DNA of 63,009 bases, filler included, from Nemertoderma westbladi (Eukaryota; Animalia; Xenacoelomorpha), in assembly GCA_032718475.1 (NCBI GenBank). It is 4 parts of 4 records of this genome, joined end to end, with 100 filler letters (N's around TTAATTAATTAA, not from the genome) between each part and the next. Parts side by side here need not be neighbours in the genome. Positions count along the whole stretch, not along the records: positions 1 to 21,681 come from JAUCBJ010002210.1; 3 more parts are not named here. The stretch is one strand, 5' to 3'. The translations under genes were made by a program, and so were the position numbers. Positions 1-13,983 of the stretch are shown here, one piece after another; the stretch's first letter is position 1; each line of letters begins with the position of its first letter. The notes under the pieces are model-generated. The model had not been told where the DNA came from. It was given only the letters and a program-made list of their open reading frames with translations, and did not search any database.

Positions 1-355
1 CATATATCCTTTAACATATCTGACTACGGACCATGCACATGCCTATATCTCATTGCTGACATACCGGTACTGACTTGTTGTTTTATACTGCTATTTGCTG
101 TCAGTTCTTCATAATATGGTTGATGAATAATTATATTTGGAATAACGATAAATAACCCCGCAACCCAATATTCTTGATATACCGAAGGTAAGAGAGAAAG
201 GTTACTAATAACGATTGTGACTTATGTTAAAGTGGTTTGAAGTGAATCTAATGTTATTTGATAGACCCTACATGAGTCAGCCTGTGTTCCTTTTATATGT
301 GACTAAAATCAGTGAAGATTGGCAGATTAGTGTGCAGTATTGTGCAGCATAGTGT

Positions 356-753
356 ATGAGTGAGTCTGTTAAAGAAGCAATTCCTAAAGAATGCGCCATA
401 TATGTGGATTATAATTAAGCCATATCGTTGCGAGTAGTTTAAGTCATAACTCTGTTTATGTAGATAAAGCGCCACGTCCTAAAGGAACTGTTAATATTAC
501 CGAAGGTGAATAATATTGTCAGAGATTATATAATACTGTCAGTCGAATAATACATTAGGCTTACATAGCAATACAAATTAAACCGTCGAACCCAATCTCC
601 CGGGAATATCCAGCGGGTGAATGGTCGCGCACGGATTGGTTTCGACTAGTGTAGTGAATCAAATACTTGTCATAGACTAAAAAGCAGATTTATTATCTAG
701 AAGACATTCTAATTTGGCGGGTTAAACTGCCAAAGGTCTGAAAGCGCGAACAG
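356..753. repeat. Dispersed ~400-bp repeat, diverged copy of ~5054-5408
   Basis: Both loci share colinear blocks TTCCTAAAGAATG, AAGTCATAACTCTGT, TAAAGGAACTGTT and GGTTAAACTG..AAAGGTCT.AAAGCGCGAACAG. Confidence 0.7.
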
Positions 754-1579
754 TCACCTTGTTTCTTGCGATATACGGGTTTGTGATGGTTCTGAATTCA
801 ATGGAATCAGTAAAAATTTCATAAGAATTCTCAAACTTGTATTTTTCGCCGGTGGGTGAAAATTGTTGTGCCAGCACCAAATTTTGGAAAATATGCAAAT
901 TGATAAGTAGATAGTATCACCTTGTTTCTTGCGTTATACGGGTTTATGAGGGTCCTGAATCCGATGGAATCAATAAAAACAGCACTGGACATCGCAAACT
1001 TGTACTTTTTGGTGATGGGTACGAAATTTGGTGCTAGCACCAAAATTTGCCAAATTACGCAATGATCTGGCATATTAGAAATGTATTCCATTAGAATCAG
1101 CGCCCTCGAAAACCTGAAAATGTGAATTTATAGCATCGTATAAGTGAATTAAAAATAATTTTGTGTTCTAACTGAAATTTGCTGGTTACTTGTTTTTTTT
1201 CATTTTTTTCCTACGCAGAGATGACTAAACAGCCATGTATAGTAATCATATCATTTTTTAATATTTTCCAATGTATTTTGCACCCCAGAAAACCTGTATT
1301 GAAAAATAATTATCCGAAAATGTAACTTTCAAATTTGGTGAAAATTGTGCACTACTTGTAATTTTGGTGCTGCAATATAACCACCCCAGTACATTTTTCG
1401 AAAATTTTTTTTTTCGGTCGGATCCAGACAAGTGATACCTACGTACAAACGAAAAATCAGACGTTTTCGTAAATATTTGTAGATTTTAGAGGGGGGGAGG
1501 GGGGGGTCAATATGACCCCCCCCCCCCCCCCCCCCCGGTATTTGTACAACATTTTATAGCCCGGTACTAATAGGGTTAA
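754..1579. mobile_element. Right end of a TTAA-type (piggyBac-like) non-autonomous DNA transposon/MITE
   Basis: Ends ...CCCGGTACTAATAGGG|TTAA (TTAA at 1576-1579). Subterminal G-run/GGTCAATATGACC/C-run palindrome at ~1490-1537. Internal ~163-bp tandem units start at 755 and 917. No left end found. Confidence 0.55.
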
Positions 1580-1812
1580 AGGAGGAAGATGACGAGTTAT
1601 CCGGAAGGATCACTGATTCAATCGATGTCTGGGATGCAGAGGATGCTGATACCTGCGTAGTCTGAGGGCGACAATGGAAGGAAGAAGTCGAGGACGGGCG
1701 ATAGGGAGGTCTCATATGAGAACTGGCCCGGTGAAGGACATCAGGAGGCAAAGGTGATTCCGGGTCTGAAACCACGCCCAGTGGAAGGATTGACGAGGAT
1801 GGGTTTGGCGAG

Positions 1813-2350
1813 ATGCTGCCAATAGAGTGGATGGGATGCGCAGAAACAGATTGGGTGGATGAGAGAGTGGTGACGGCCAACGGGGTGAGAGGTTTCTGGG
1901 ATATCCCAGGCAAACGGACTTGGGAACGTAGAGAGCCAGTAACCAACTTCCTGGTAGTGGTGACCAAACTGGGGAAACAAACTGGGATGGCGTTGCGAGT
2001 AGTATTCGGAGAGATGCTGCAGAGGGAGGAAATCGATTTCGATCGATTTGGAAATGGAGATCGATTTGGGTCGCAATGGGAATGTCAAAATGTTTACCTA
2101 TCAACGACTCCAAAGAACCAAACGGCATGCCCGGAAGGACGACTTCTGTTGACAAGGCGTAATAGATGGCTGAGACTACTGTGGGCGAAGGAAGGGCCCT
2201 AAAGGAAGGACTGTTTATACCGATACAAAAAAGGAGCGAGGTAAAACTATTGTTGTGATTCGAGCCATACCATGGGTGCATGTCTGGAACTACACCACCA
2301 ATGTGATAAGTGCAAGTTGCGAGGCCACTTCAAACGCCACTGTGACAGAA
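1813..2350 (+). pseudogene. gag-like remnant with CCHC zinc knuckle
   Basis: Frame +1 reads ...REPVTNFLVVVTKLG..., hits a stop at 2200-2202, then continues CCDSSHTMGACLELHHQCDKCKLRGHFKRHC. Confidence 0.65.
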
Positions 2351-3638
2351 CGAGTGATGACGAGAAGTTCTGGGGATTGAAGATTTGGCAGATGTGGGCA
2401 CAATGACGAAGCAAACGATGAAAGCCCATGAATTCCAGTGGGACTTCTTCAATGTCAACCAGGATGTCCATCACCAGTTGATTCACAGGAAGTTACCTTT
2501 ACTTACCAGGAAGTGTTCACAGCAACATCGCGAGGAGGGATTACCAACAACACCCAGCGAGACCTAGATAGGTGGACGTGGAGGGAAGAGCAGAGTTCAG
2601 GGAAATCTTGGACGAGCATATTCCCCGCGAGATGAGGATCGTCATTTGGGATGCCACAAGGGGTAAAGAAGGGCATGCAACAGGACCGCCAGCAAAGCGA
2701 TATAGAGAGACAATAACGGCCCCACCCAAGGAATCAACCACAGGAATCGGGAAAGCCATGCGCAGCAGCATGCGCAACCGCACTAAATAACCAGCGGTAC
2801 AGCAAGAAACGCCCAAGACAAGACGATGACAGAGGAAAATAACTACGAGAATGGGGGGAAGGTTCTAGACTGACACTCAGGATGTCACCTGCTGATAGAT
2901 GTCATCCGCTGACAGGATAACATCAGTGTGCCTGGGAAGCATCATCAGGACTATAGACTAATGTTTCAAGTACACTCCCCCTTAACTGTAAATATTTCAA
3001 ATTAATATGTAGTGCAATTAATAGTAGTGCAATATTATGTATAAATATAATCAAGAACTATGTATGTACTATAAAGTCAAATATAATCTTTCTCAACTAG
3101 CTACTGCGATGGGGGACTTATTGACTGAAATAGGAGGACGAGACAACAGACGGGACCCACTCATCGTGTATGGAGTGCACAAATGTGAGATCGTGGGCAT
3201 CCGACTGGAGTAAAGTGTGTTACATTTGATGTTTGGTTGAGTACTGGAGGTCGGGGGATGAAGGGTGCAACACCCGGGAAAGTGTGGGGGGGGGGGGGGG
3301 GCGAGTCAGGGTGAGGACGAGTCCTATGGGACTAATAAGATGTGCGAGAAGTTATGAAATTGGGGACTGGCGGATCGGATCCAATGGTCCAATTTAAAAT
3401 TGAGTGAGGAGGGGCAATCACCAAATAGAGATGCCACATGCCTTGGTGCACCTTAGCTCGCAGGAGTGCCAAGAATGGGTAGTGAGATCAGATCCAGTGG
3501 GACCAGATGGGAGACTGGTCCCAGAGAAGACAATCCCACCCCACATCCAATGCTAGATTGGATTCCCCGGAATGGAGCGCACTTATCGGTTGATGCAATC
3601 TTGATGATGACCAATCCGGGAAGATAGCATAGGGGGAG

Positions 3639-4227
3639 TGTAAGCGGATCCATTCCGTCCTACACTTCCTACAAATAATTGGGGGGTGAACTGATTTATC
3701 AATCAGTTAAGCTATGGAGCCAATAAAGCATAGCAGAGAATGGATAGTGCAACAATATTAGACAGGAGGTGGTTTAACAACCTACCTCAGGGGATGGCGG
3801 CTAACATAGGCCCAAGGGGAAATAGGAATTGTGAGACTGGTATAAGCCGACTAACGGGGGGGCGCCACCAAGCAATTATCGGGATGTGTATCGTTTGGAT
3901 AACCAATTATACGTGTTAAGTCTATGTAATGTGTTTTTCCATGTTTCCATATATATTGATATCACGTGCCTACTAATTCAGTTGTCTATATCATTAGGTA
4001 GGATGTCGCACAGTTTTCACCGTCGTCTGTAACTAATATTATATAATGATTGAGCTTTAATCAATTTAACGCTAAACTATTTGAGCCTTTATTATTAACG
4101 ATAATAACATCAAACTCTGTTTTTACCCGGCCTTCGGCCCTTAAGTATTATCAACGCAGTGACGCATATAAACTGCAACATCAGTTGATTGGTCGGGAAC
4201 CCACTAGCCAACCAGGATCCCGTCACA
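3639..4227 (+). repeat. LTR (589 bp)
   Basis: TG...CA termini and an upstream PPT. Both termini are shared with the LTR at 17211-17855. Confidence 0.75.
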
Positions 4228-5053
4228 ATGTAATAAAGCTTATTTAATTGAATGCACAATAAATTATTCGACTTAATAATTACTTCGTGTATTAGTACCA
4301 TCTTTCTTTCAAGACTGGCCCAAGTGCATGGACGTTTTTTGAGTATCAAACATTATGTTAAAGCTTTTGCGGCAAAAATGTGTAGTTTTTGTGCAATACG
4401 CGAACTACTCTAAAACTGGCATTATCTCGAGGGATTGGAGAACGTATAAAACTTACACCCTCTAACGTTTATTTTGGTACAGAGCTGTAGTGACGAAATC
4501 ACCAGCCATTGGCCAGTATTCCTTTTTGTCCCGTATCCTCTATGTTATTTTCCCAATTTTCACTTTGCCAATTCTTGAGGCCTTGTATACATATGAATAT
4601 GCCGCAGTGTGACAAAATCATTCATTCTGACTTCTGCCCGAGACCATCCGTGGCCAGACTGCCAGAGGGTTATCAACCAAAATATATTATCTCTTGTACT
4701 TCACTACTGCCATACTAGATCACTCTCTGCACTAACGGCAAACATCTGACTGTTGATTGAATGCCGGCACCGCATATTTTATACTGTTATTCAATGTTGT
4801 TTGGTAACCTATTTAATGGATGCTTATATGTGGAGAATACTTAAGAATAATCAATAATTCCCCCTAATTTTCTTTATTATTGAGGTAAGCAAAAGGGAAC
4901 ATTAGTAACAATTGCTTGGCTCAAATTACAGTGGTCTGTATGAATTTTATGCTATTTCATAACCCCAAAGTAAGTGAGCTAAATTTATCCTTATGTATGA
5001 GTAAAATTGGTAACAGTCGGCAAATTAACGTGTTTCGGTATTATTCTCAGTAA

Positions 5054-5408
5054 AGTGAGTGTGAGCGAATAATTCGACATTCCTAAAGAATGTAAAACCG
5101 TGATGTTCCATAACCCTCCGTTGTAATTAGTATAAGTCATAACTCTGTCTGATATTTAAAGCGCAACATCTAAAGGAACTGTTGGTATTGCCCTAAAAGT
5201 AAGCATAGTTTTTTGAGATTATATAGTAGAGATCAATCGAATAATAAAAAGTAGCCTAGGGTGTACCCCATTCAGTCTCCCACACACGGTGGGTCATACG
5301 CCGTGCTAGACTGGCTTCTACTGTGGTCATATTTTGTGCGGGCTGTCAGACAACATAAGTCACGTAAATTAACAGGTTAAACTGTTAAAGGTCTAAAAGC
5401 GCGAACAG
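5054..5408. repeat. Second copy of the dispersed repeat at 356-753
   Basis: Colinear shared blocks with 356-753. Confidence 0.7.
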
Positions 5409-5899
5409 ATTACTTATATTACTGAACCATACCATTAAAGATTCATCCCATTAAAAGATCCTGATTGAATAACCCCCGTTGCCTGTGTCACGGAATTGAT
5501 AGCATCAATTTACTTCTTTTGACAGATATTTTGTCAGTTCCACTAATCCCAAACTTCACCGTTCATTGAATAGTAAGCCAAATATATGTGTTAGTAGGTG
5601 CTACAGTTCATGAATTAATTAATTATCATGGTATCATCCCCCACCTGATGTTCAAGTCAATTTACATACCGCCGATACCGGTACATAAATACATATATCG
5701 GGTGCATCACTTGGATGCGTTGCCGACTGCCTTCACCGTTCACGAATAAATCCCCAATTCCTATATAGTATACATTTGATTAAGTGTCTCCTTGCAGACG
5801 TTTCACCAATGTCATCGTTAACCAACCCCTCCCCCAATCACCAGAGCCGGTAGCCATAAAACAAGATCATTTACATGCTGATCATTTCCACGATGACAG

Positions 5900-7150
5900 T
5901 CTCCGATAAGTTTTATCCGTATTGCATACAAGGGGGTGCTGCGTTTTGGCTATTTTCTGTCACTAACCGAGATTCTACAATATCTCATTCGTTAAATGAC
6001 CATTATATTATATGCCATGAACCCTGCCCAACTTTCTGGAGTTGGAATGTAAAAACAATCATGCGATCTTGTGTATTATGGTCTTGTGATTTAAGACCTA
6101 AACAGGGTTTGCCAAAGTAGCACAAGCTCTAACGATGTCCGAATAAACTTACGTTCAGAGCCTTGCCTTGCCTTCATGCCTAGCAATTTGCACTCAGAGG
6201 TCTTCATCAGATCTCTCTATTCCCAACACCATGGTTGGCAGAAGTCGAATGGGAATAATCCAATGTTCCTGACAAGAAAAATTGATCATCAGAGTCAAGG
6301 TCCTCCAAGTGTTGGTTGTTTTCCTCTATTTCTACTACTGTACCAAAGACCTGTTGTATATCTAAACTTAACAAAATGTCATTTCTTGTCGATTGATAAC
6401 AAAGGTAAAACAACAACTGTTGATACCCTAAAGGTTGGTGGCAAAACTTTCAAGTCGGTATCACATTGCCAGTATATGGGCATACCAACACCTGCAGATG
6501 ACCAGTCGGTTCTTAGCTTTAATAAAAGGAAGATATGGATGGAGTAATTTAGCTCAAATACAGCGAGCAGGATTTACTATTACTGATGTTCCTATTAATA
6601 CAGTAACACCACTGTGGAAAGTTATCTGCTTGTCAAGCATTGTATACGGATCATCCGGCCTTCCCTATAAAGGTATGGAACTTCTCAGTAAAGAAATTCG
6701 CAAGGCAATGCGATCCATACTCCATGTTGATAACCGTGTTTCAAACATGGTTTTATACTCCATATATGGTGTGAATATCGAAGCCTTTTTGCATCTTCAA
6801 CAATTCAATTTCATATATAGATTATTCAACACCGGCAACTCGAAGATACACTCGGTATTTGCTAATATCCTTTGTTATCACTTCCTGGTTAACAAAGTGG
6901 ACATATTTTCGTGCTATGAAAGGTCTGCATTTTTGTATGACTAACCTTCGCTGTCATCAATTTCAATATCCTCTTACTCCACTAAACATTGCAATAAAAA
7001 AGCAACCAAATCTTTGTTGAAGGAGATGTCGATACAGGATGACTTTACAGCGACCTACCTTACAATTCTTCTAAATAACTATCAATATGATGTCTATTAT
7101 CGACTTCTAGTGATTAAAGATTACCTGGCCAGCTTGGTCGCCTGAAGTTT
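5900..7150 (+). mobile_element. Highly degenerate 3' fragment of a non-LTR retrotransposon ORF2 (RT C-terminal/thumb region)
   Basis: Frame-hopping remnants: RPKQG (like GxxQG), LNLTKC, CQYMGI (like YKYLG), LSSIVYGS and EIRKAMRSIL...VSNMVLYSIYG. Boundaries are approximate. Confidence 0.55.
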
Positions 7151-7589
7151 GCTTTTAATTTGAATTATTATGTGATATACTGTAATATCCATTTAGTACA
7201 TTCATTCTCTCGTATATATATATTTTATACGTCTTTGTAATAGTGTCTAAATTCCGCTCTAATTTCGCTTCTGTACCGCCGCTTTCTCGAGCAGTATAAT
7301 TTGTTTATTTGTTAGCAAGATTAAAATAATATTTAATTGTTAGCGATTTGGAACCATTCATTGAATTGGCAAGCTTGGTTGATTCATGATACAAATTTTT
7401 TACGACTATGTATTTTTACTTTATCTTATTCTTATTTTAACCATACTTGTATCCGTGCAGTGCATTTCTAGAGGTTTATATGTTTTAAATCGATGCGGCT
7501 TCTTTCAATTAATTAATTAAAGCGCCGGGGCCGCTTCCCGGATTTTTAATAATAAAATAATACCCACTCCATCTATAATATAGACATTC

Positions 7590-7900
7590 GCCGCACATGT
7601 ATCACCGTTAAAGTCACCCCAAGTTCCTTCTGTTGTGGAGACAAATTTGAGAGACCATCATATGTGATTTGATTGTAACAAATATGTCATAAACAATCAC
7701 GTAGGACTCAAGCATTGGTAGGCTAGTGACAGAATCAAAAATCTTAAAGAAGTTTACAAAAATGATGGTTAGTTGCCTTTCTTTGCCTGTAGACAATTCT
7801 CAAATAACCCGAAGTGCCGCAATGAGCTACAGTGTACTTCTACCATTTCGAAACGCCGGCCTTTTCAACATGACCCCTTACACGGTTCAACTTAATATTT
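7590..7900 (-). mobile_element. Degenerate RTE-clade RT fragment
   Basis: Reads FRNGRSTL*LIAALRVI*ELSTGKERQLTIIFVNFFKIFDSV, colinear with the RTE RT at ~62030-62165 (GFRKGR...ELSKKKDRHLAVIFVDFFQAFDSV). Confidence 0.7.
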
Positions 7901-10900
7901 TGATTAGCTACCATCGCAAGACATATTTGTCAGTGTACGTTGTGCCAGCGTCATAAGTTATGCGATTTAATTTGTCTTAAGATCACCACGCAGACACGTC
8001 GGAATATGGGGTTTGTCGCCCACTGCTATATTAACTGATCAGCCTGTTATTTTTGTATTTTACATTTTTATCTATATTTAATGTTATTTCCATTCCTGTA
8101 ATTTTAATATATCAAAATGTTGAAAAATTATTTAGTATCTATAATACGTACCTGCCTCAATTAATATAAATATTTAATAATATAATAGTTAATAAAGTTC
8201 AATAATGTCAGTATAATTTAAGAGTAATGCTTTACTTATTTATTTAAGTTCACAAATTTCATCTGTCTTTCTATTGGCTGATGAGTACGCAACCAGTATC
8301 TGATGTAACACCACTGCATTGGAAGACGAGAGTGACCAATTGATTTCCTACATGAAGAAGAATTACTTGAATCAAAATTTGTTCCTTTTTTACACGCATT
8401 TTTGAATTCATGTAAAATAATAAGCCTCATTATTCACGTATTGTCTAACCCAAATCCATCCTTACTCAAGAAATACTTTAAGCATTACACAACGCCCATT
8501 TAATCATAATAATTATGTGTGTTACAAACACTGGATCAGTTTTTCGTGGTTTTGGTATGTCAGAAGACTCTATGTTACTTTGGGTTGACGCCATCATTCC
8601 AACCGATCTAGTTGCCATGGCAATCAATATTTTCTAAAGTATACTGCAGGTCAAAGTCTTTCTTAAGAAAATGTGTAGGTATAAGTCATACCTGCTAGAA
8701 ATAGGTTTTAGTCAAACATTGTTTTGTTTTCATTGCGCATGTGCAGCCACTCCATAAAACCCCATATATATTGTTTCTTTCTCATTTGATGGTTGTCATG
8801 ATGTTGAAGGAGAAATGAGCCAGCTGCACCACCAACTTCAGTGATACATTTACTCATCTATAGAAAAATCTCACAACAATTTTCAGGGGGTAGATTTTGT
8901 CGAAGTTTCCAACCAGTTGAGATGAACAACCACAACTGTTTGTACCTACAATGGATATCCCAATATCACGACAATCCTCAAAATTTATTATTTAAAAAAT
9001 TAGTTGGGGGGGGGGGATGTTTTAATCATACTTATTTATTTATTTAATCATATATTTCAGACCAAAAAGTATAGACCATATCAGGCACCGGTAAAAAGCA
9101 AAATAAAGCAAAATATGTAAGAGAAACAGTTACAGCACAAGTTATACAAATAAGACAGAGCGTACGTACATTATGACCAAACAGAGAATGAAAAACCAAA
9201 AAGATTTCCCAGCCGACTTTGAATGTTAATTTTAATAATATGTAAAAATAGTTACACAATTAAGGAAGAATCACTGTACATCTCTCGTATGACAATAGCT
9301 TACAATACTAAGGTGCATCTTACATTTGGAAGAGGCGGCAGAGACTTTAGCGATTGAGGACTACTATGGAGGTGGATTCTGATTTGATTTATTTATTTAT
9401 TACGTCTGGTATGGCAATTGCAATGGCAATAAAACTTATTAGTAATTGAAAACCTATAAATTAGTTAATTAAAACATATTAATAAAATTAATTTGAAACA
9501 CCTTTTAGAATTATGGGCAATATCATTAACGCAATAAATTCAGTAATTCATTCAATAATTCATTCAATAATTCTGATTTGTTTGTAGTGGGGTGGTCAAA
9601 ATTTGTGAACCATCTTTTGTAGTTTACAAAAGCTGTTCGGAGTTCGTGGTTCGCGGAGTGCGGGGTTCGTTTCAAATCGAGCCAACGAACTGTCTATTTT
9701 AGGTTTAGGTATATGTATAGGTATGCCCACCCAATAATTATAGTTCACTTTCGCTAAAAAGTTATTCCCTATTGTGCCGTGAGCCGATAAGGTCAATTGT
9801 TGACTTCATCGGTGACTTAGAAACGTATAACTGATGTACATATTGACTTACAGCTGATGTACAGCACACCGCAGCCACTAACTGCCGAAATCTGACTGGG
9901 TTGTCTAGTCTAATGATGAATTTAATTTGGGGACATTTTAATAAATATTTAATGTGTTTTTTTCAAAATGTGTTTAACCTATATGTTTTAGACAATATAT
10001 TCTGTCCATCTTCAGATTGATGTGTTTTGTAGAAGGGATGTGGCAACCTCCATCGGGCTCACCTCCATCAAGCTCATTGTCAAAGAGTTATGTAAAATAT
10101 AGTTTCATAATATTTTATCCACATTTATTTTGTGCATAATTTAATTCTCCAGGGAGGGTAACCATGGAAACCACATCATACTACATTACCCCGACGGATC
10201 AATCAAATCATGTCACATGTCTAATTTTTTGCACAATGTAATTTTATCATATCATACGGAATAAATATTTTGAAGATAATACGAGTAAAATGAGATTATT
10301 ATGACGGTTTGCCGTAATTAACGTTGTCATCTGAGACACAGCAGTCAACATTTAATTAAAAAACAACAAGAGATGTTGTTTTTTGAGATATTTCAAATTA
10401 TAACTTATCACTGAACTGAACTAGACTGTAATTGAAACTGACAACAATCTTATTGTATTACATAGCTTCATTCTTGTTTAAAACTTTATTTCATTGAATA
10501 TTATTCTGTGGCGGCAGCATACTATATAAGTAGATATAAAAACTAATGCTGTACTGGCTAAAGCCTAGGTAACAGTTGCTGGTTGCCTGGCAACATATAA
10601 CAACAATCAGGAGATATCAGACTTACGATGTTTGATTGTTCCTACCGGTAACTTTATTTGCAATAAATTAATATTTGGCAACTCACACTACATACTACAG
10701 TATCAGACTATGGAATGAGTTGCTGCACTTAATTATTAATGACCTAACTCACTTCGCCCTTAGGCAAATGCAAAACTAATGTGCTGTAATGTAATGTAAG
10801 CAACACGCCACGCTCTCTGTTCCAAATTTCATAACGAATTGTTCGAAATATTGACTTTTTCGTGAAGAAAATACATTGAGATAAATGGGTTTAAATTTCA

Positions 10901-11960
10901 AGGAAAAATTAAAAGTTTCCCGCTATTTTAGATAATACTATATTTCTTGTTTCGTCAAAAACTATATAAGAAATGAAATGAAATTCAACGAAATTTTCCA
11001 AATCACTAAAAATATAACAAATAAAACAACCATTATTTAGCAATATTGTATTCATATCTTTACCTTGAGAGCCTTTCTGGTGAAAATGGCCTTATTCAAT
11101 TCATTAAGATGCTACCCACTTACAGTAAGTAGACGTAAATAATCGCAACATAATAATATTTTATTGAATATATTACAGTATATTGTTATGTCTAATTGTG
11201 ACATTCTAATCATTAGGCCCTAGTTCGAACCCTAATGGGAGCAGCATTGTTTTGGCTGCTCTTTTAAATGCGAAAACCAAAGCCTTTGGTAACAGAGCAA
11301 CATCACATTCACGCAGCAAACGTGTAAAACAGCCTCGAGTTAGCAGTTAGGTACAGTACAACAACCTGAAGATAAATTTCCAGCCATACTGCCATATTGT
11401 GTGTAACAATAACAAATAATATCAACACACGAACGAACATCCCTGGGAACGCGTAATGAGCAGGCGGTTTGTCAAAAACGATTATTATTATTATTCCGTT
11501 TCAGAAACGCAATCATCCGCGCGTAAAATTACATGATAATGACGAAATCGGACACAGTTATGGAACATTCGATCGGTTTTCTAATGCCTTTTAGAGCTAC
11601 TGCGTGACTGGAATGGAAAGAATCAGCAGGCGGATGATACAGTATGTACCTATTGTTAAATAAATTGCGTCGCTTAAAGGAATCAAATATTCTTTCACTT
11701 TCGAAAGCCTTTCTAACAAAACCTTCTAACTTCTACACTTTTACACCTTCTAACTGCAGTATCTCTAAACGTAATTAAGAATAAATACAAATATATACAA
11801 CGTTTCCATCGCATCGGTAACAAACTGTTAATTATAGTAATATCCGGCTATATAATTTTTTTTTTATTTGTCAAAATACCGGAAATTGAAAAATAAAAAA
11901 AAATAAAATATTTTTTTTTCGAAATTTTTTTTCGAATAAAAAAAAATTAAAAAGTTGTAA

Positions 11961-12762
11961 CATGACCTACTATAGGTACGACCCGCCAAAGCTGCTGCAA
12001 AGCCCCTAAATTTAGTGTGCCTTTGTATCTATTGATAAAAAAATGATAATTGTGCTTCTAATCTTGCTTTCGATTACAGTACTAATAATGAATTCAACAA
12101 ACCCAAAAAGCATAGTACTGTATAATTCATACTTATGCATACAGTAGTACTTTCATGGTTATACCCAAGTCTTTGAAATGTTATGTATTTTGTGTAATTT
12201 TATAAAAAGGTGTGGGGCGAGCCACGAAGTGAGCGAAGCCTTAGCATATGGGTGCCATGGGCGAGTTGTCTGTCGTCGTCGTCTGTCGTCGTAAATTTTT
12301 GATTGCTAATAACTCGGTTATTCCTCGATGAAATTAAACGAAACTTGGTACGTATGTAGTCCGTCAAAGGTTTAAAATCAGAATTTTGGTCAAAAACGAA
12401 CGAACGCAACGAGGCACAAGAGCAGGACGAGTATTGTGTTGAAGACTTCTGACTAACGGCAGACAACTCGTTAATGGTACCCATATGCTAAAGGCTTTGC
12501 TCACGTCGTGCTGCGCGAAGGCCCCCACGAACGTGTTGATATGGCATGGGTTCCAGGAACTCCTCATATCTCGAAAACTACTGGAGCTATTAAATTACGA
12601 ATTGTCTCTTCTGAAAGAGGACATAATTTTAGTTAGGGACAGGTATGTACTTACAACGCGTTAGACATATTGTTTCAGGGGTTCTATCTAAGAGAAATAA
12701 CTGGCCCACTAAATTTAGGGGCTTTGCAGCAGCTTGGCGGGTCGTATTTATAGTAGGTCATG
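11961..12762. repeat. ~56-bp inverted repeat pair (11961-12017 / 12707-12762), MITE-like
   Basis: CATGACCTACTATA...GCTGCTGCAAAGCCCCTAAATTTAGTG and its near-exact reverse complement. Confidence 0.75.
12214..12413 (-). mobile_element. ~200-bp non-autonomous element (Helentron/DINE-like), inverted copy of 13573-13785
   Basis: (GTC)n microsatellite and GC-rich end GGCGAGCCACGAAGTGAGCGAAGCC. A third partial copy lies at ~12460-12504. The family assignment is inference. Confidence 0.6.
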
Positions 12763-13572
12763 GTTGTAGAAATTTTAAATTTCAAAAAATTATTTTAAAA
12801 ATATATATTACAACACAAAATAATATTATAATAGATAATTTGTATAAATAGAGATAGGAATGCAGACATTTATTAAGCAAATATTCCTCGCAGCGTTTGC
12901 TTCTGACATAAATACAGTACATGGTCATAAAGCTGAAAAGTGCAATTTTTCTCAATTATTGCCAATTTTATGTAAATACTGTAGTTATATATTTATTATG
13001 ATATTGTTAATATATGAAACCCTGTTGGTAAAACAAGAATCTGACTCGCCCATATGAATAATACCATATTCTGACTTTTCTGTTGAAAATTTAACGGCAT
13101 CATTAATTCAGATCTAATTATATTCATATTGCCATATATTATACAGCATCAGGCTCAGCCATCATACAACACGTTCGTGGGGCCATCGCGCAGCACGAGA
13201 GCCTAAATTAGAAAGTACATTATACTAATCTCTATTAGATATACGAAAACTGTCTTTCCTAAGACATATATGAGTGAAGGCGATTCTATCAGTTTGTGGT
13301 AAACTAGTTGTAAAAACAGAGATCCATTTCAGTTTGCCCTTAACCACTTTAACTGTCATTTGTAAACCTTCTAACTAGGGCTATTTAAGTTAAGTATGAC
13401 ATTTTTAGTTTTACAATACTCTTCTCCTTCATTAGCCTCGTTGCGCTTGTCCTGTTTTGTCTTAAAAATAATTTCCCTAAACAGAGACTAACGTCCTTTA
13501 TAACTGTGCCAAGTCTCGAAACTGAGAGTAACTGCTGATTTATGGCAGATGGATACTCGTATCCACTGTAAA

Positions 13573-13785
13573 CTCGTTGCGTTCGTTCGTTTTTGACCAA
13601 ACATGAGATTCTTTCTAAACTTTTGCCAGACTACATACGTACCAAATTTCGTTTAATTTCATCAAGGAATAACTGAGTTATTAGCGATCAAAAATTTACG
13701 ACGACAGACGACGACGACGACAACAACAGACAACTTGTTAATGGTACCCATATGCTAAGGCTTCGCTCAATTCGTGGCTCGCCCC
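13573..13785 (+). mobile_element. ~210-bp non-autonomous element (Helentron/DINE-like)
   Basis: Reverse complement of 12214-12413; (GAC)n microsatellite; ends CTTCGCTCAATTCGTGGCTCGCCCC. Confidence 0.6.
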
Positions 13786-13918
13786 AGATATAAACCATAT
13801 GTCAGATGAGATACAGTACAGTATGTAGACGAACGATATAGCGGGACAAGACGTCGATTGAAATTTACTGCAACCAGCGAAAGGGTCGTTGATATTATAG
13901 ATATCAGTTACCGATATA

Positions 13919-13983
13919 CACCATGTCCTAGAATATAGTGTCTTTATTCAGGTACCTGCCCCCCCCCCCCCCCCCCAAATTTT
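13919..13983 (+). repeat. Left arm of ~65-bp inverted repeat flanking LEKR1
   Basis: CACCATGTCCTAGAATATAGTGTCTTTATTCAGGTACCTG(C)18AAATTTT is the reverse complement of 16800-16863, with 3 mismatches and a 1-nt difference in the C run. Confidence 0.9.

Larger units (their letters stand above)
1580..4227 (+). mobile_element. Degenerate LTR retrotransposon: gag remnant, PPT and 3' LTR; 5' part missing
   Basis: CCHC zinc knuckle CDKCKLRGHFKRHC at 2302-2343, in the same frame as ORF 1813-2202 after an in-frame stop. PPT AGGGGGAG at 3631-3638 directly precedes TGTAAGCGG. The LTR ends GATCCCGTCACA at 4227. Confidence 0.75.

Noticed and set aside
11215-11240. GTTCGAACCC B-box suggesting a tRNA or SINE
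   Set aside because: No A-box or cloverleaf can be folded around it.
8236-11400. Scattered short ORFs or possible small exons
   Set aside because: No recognisable motifs or consistent exon chain could be supported by eye.
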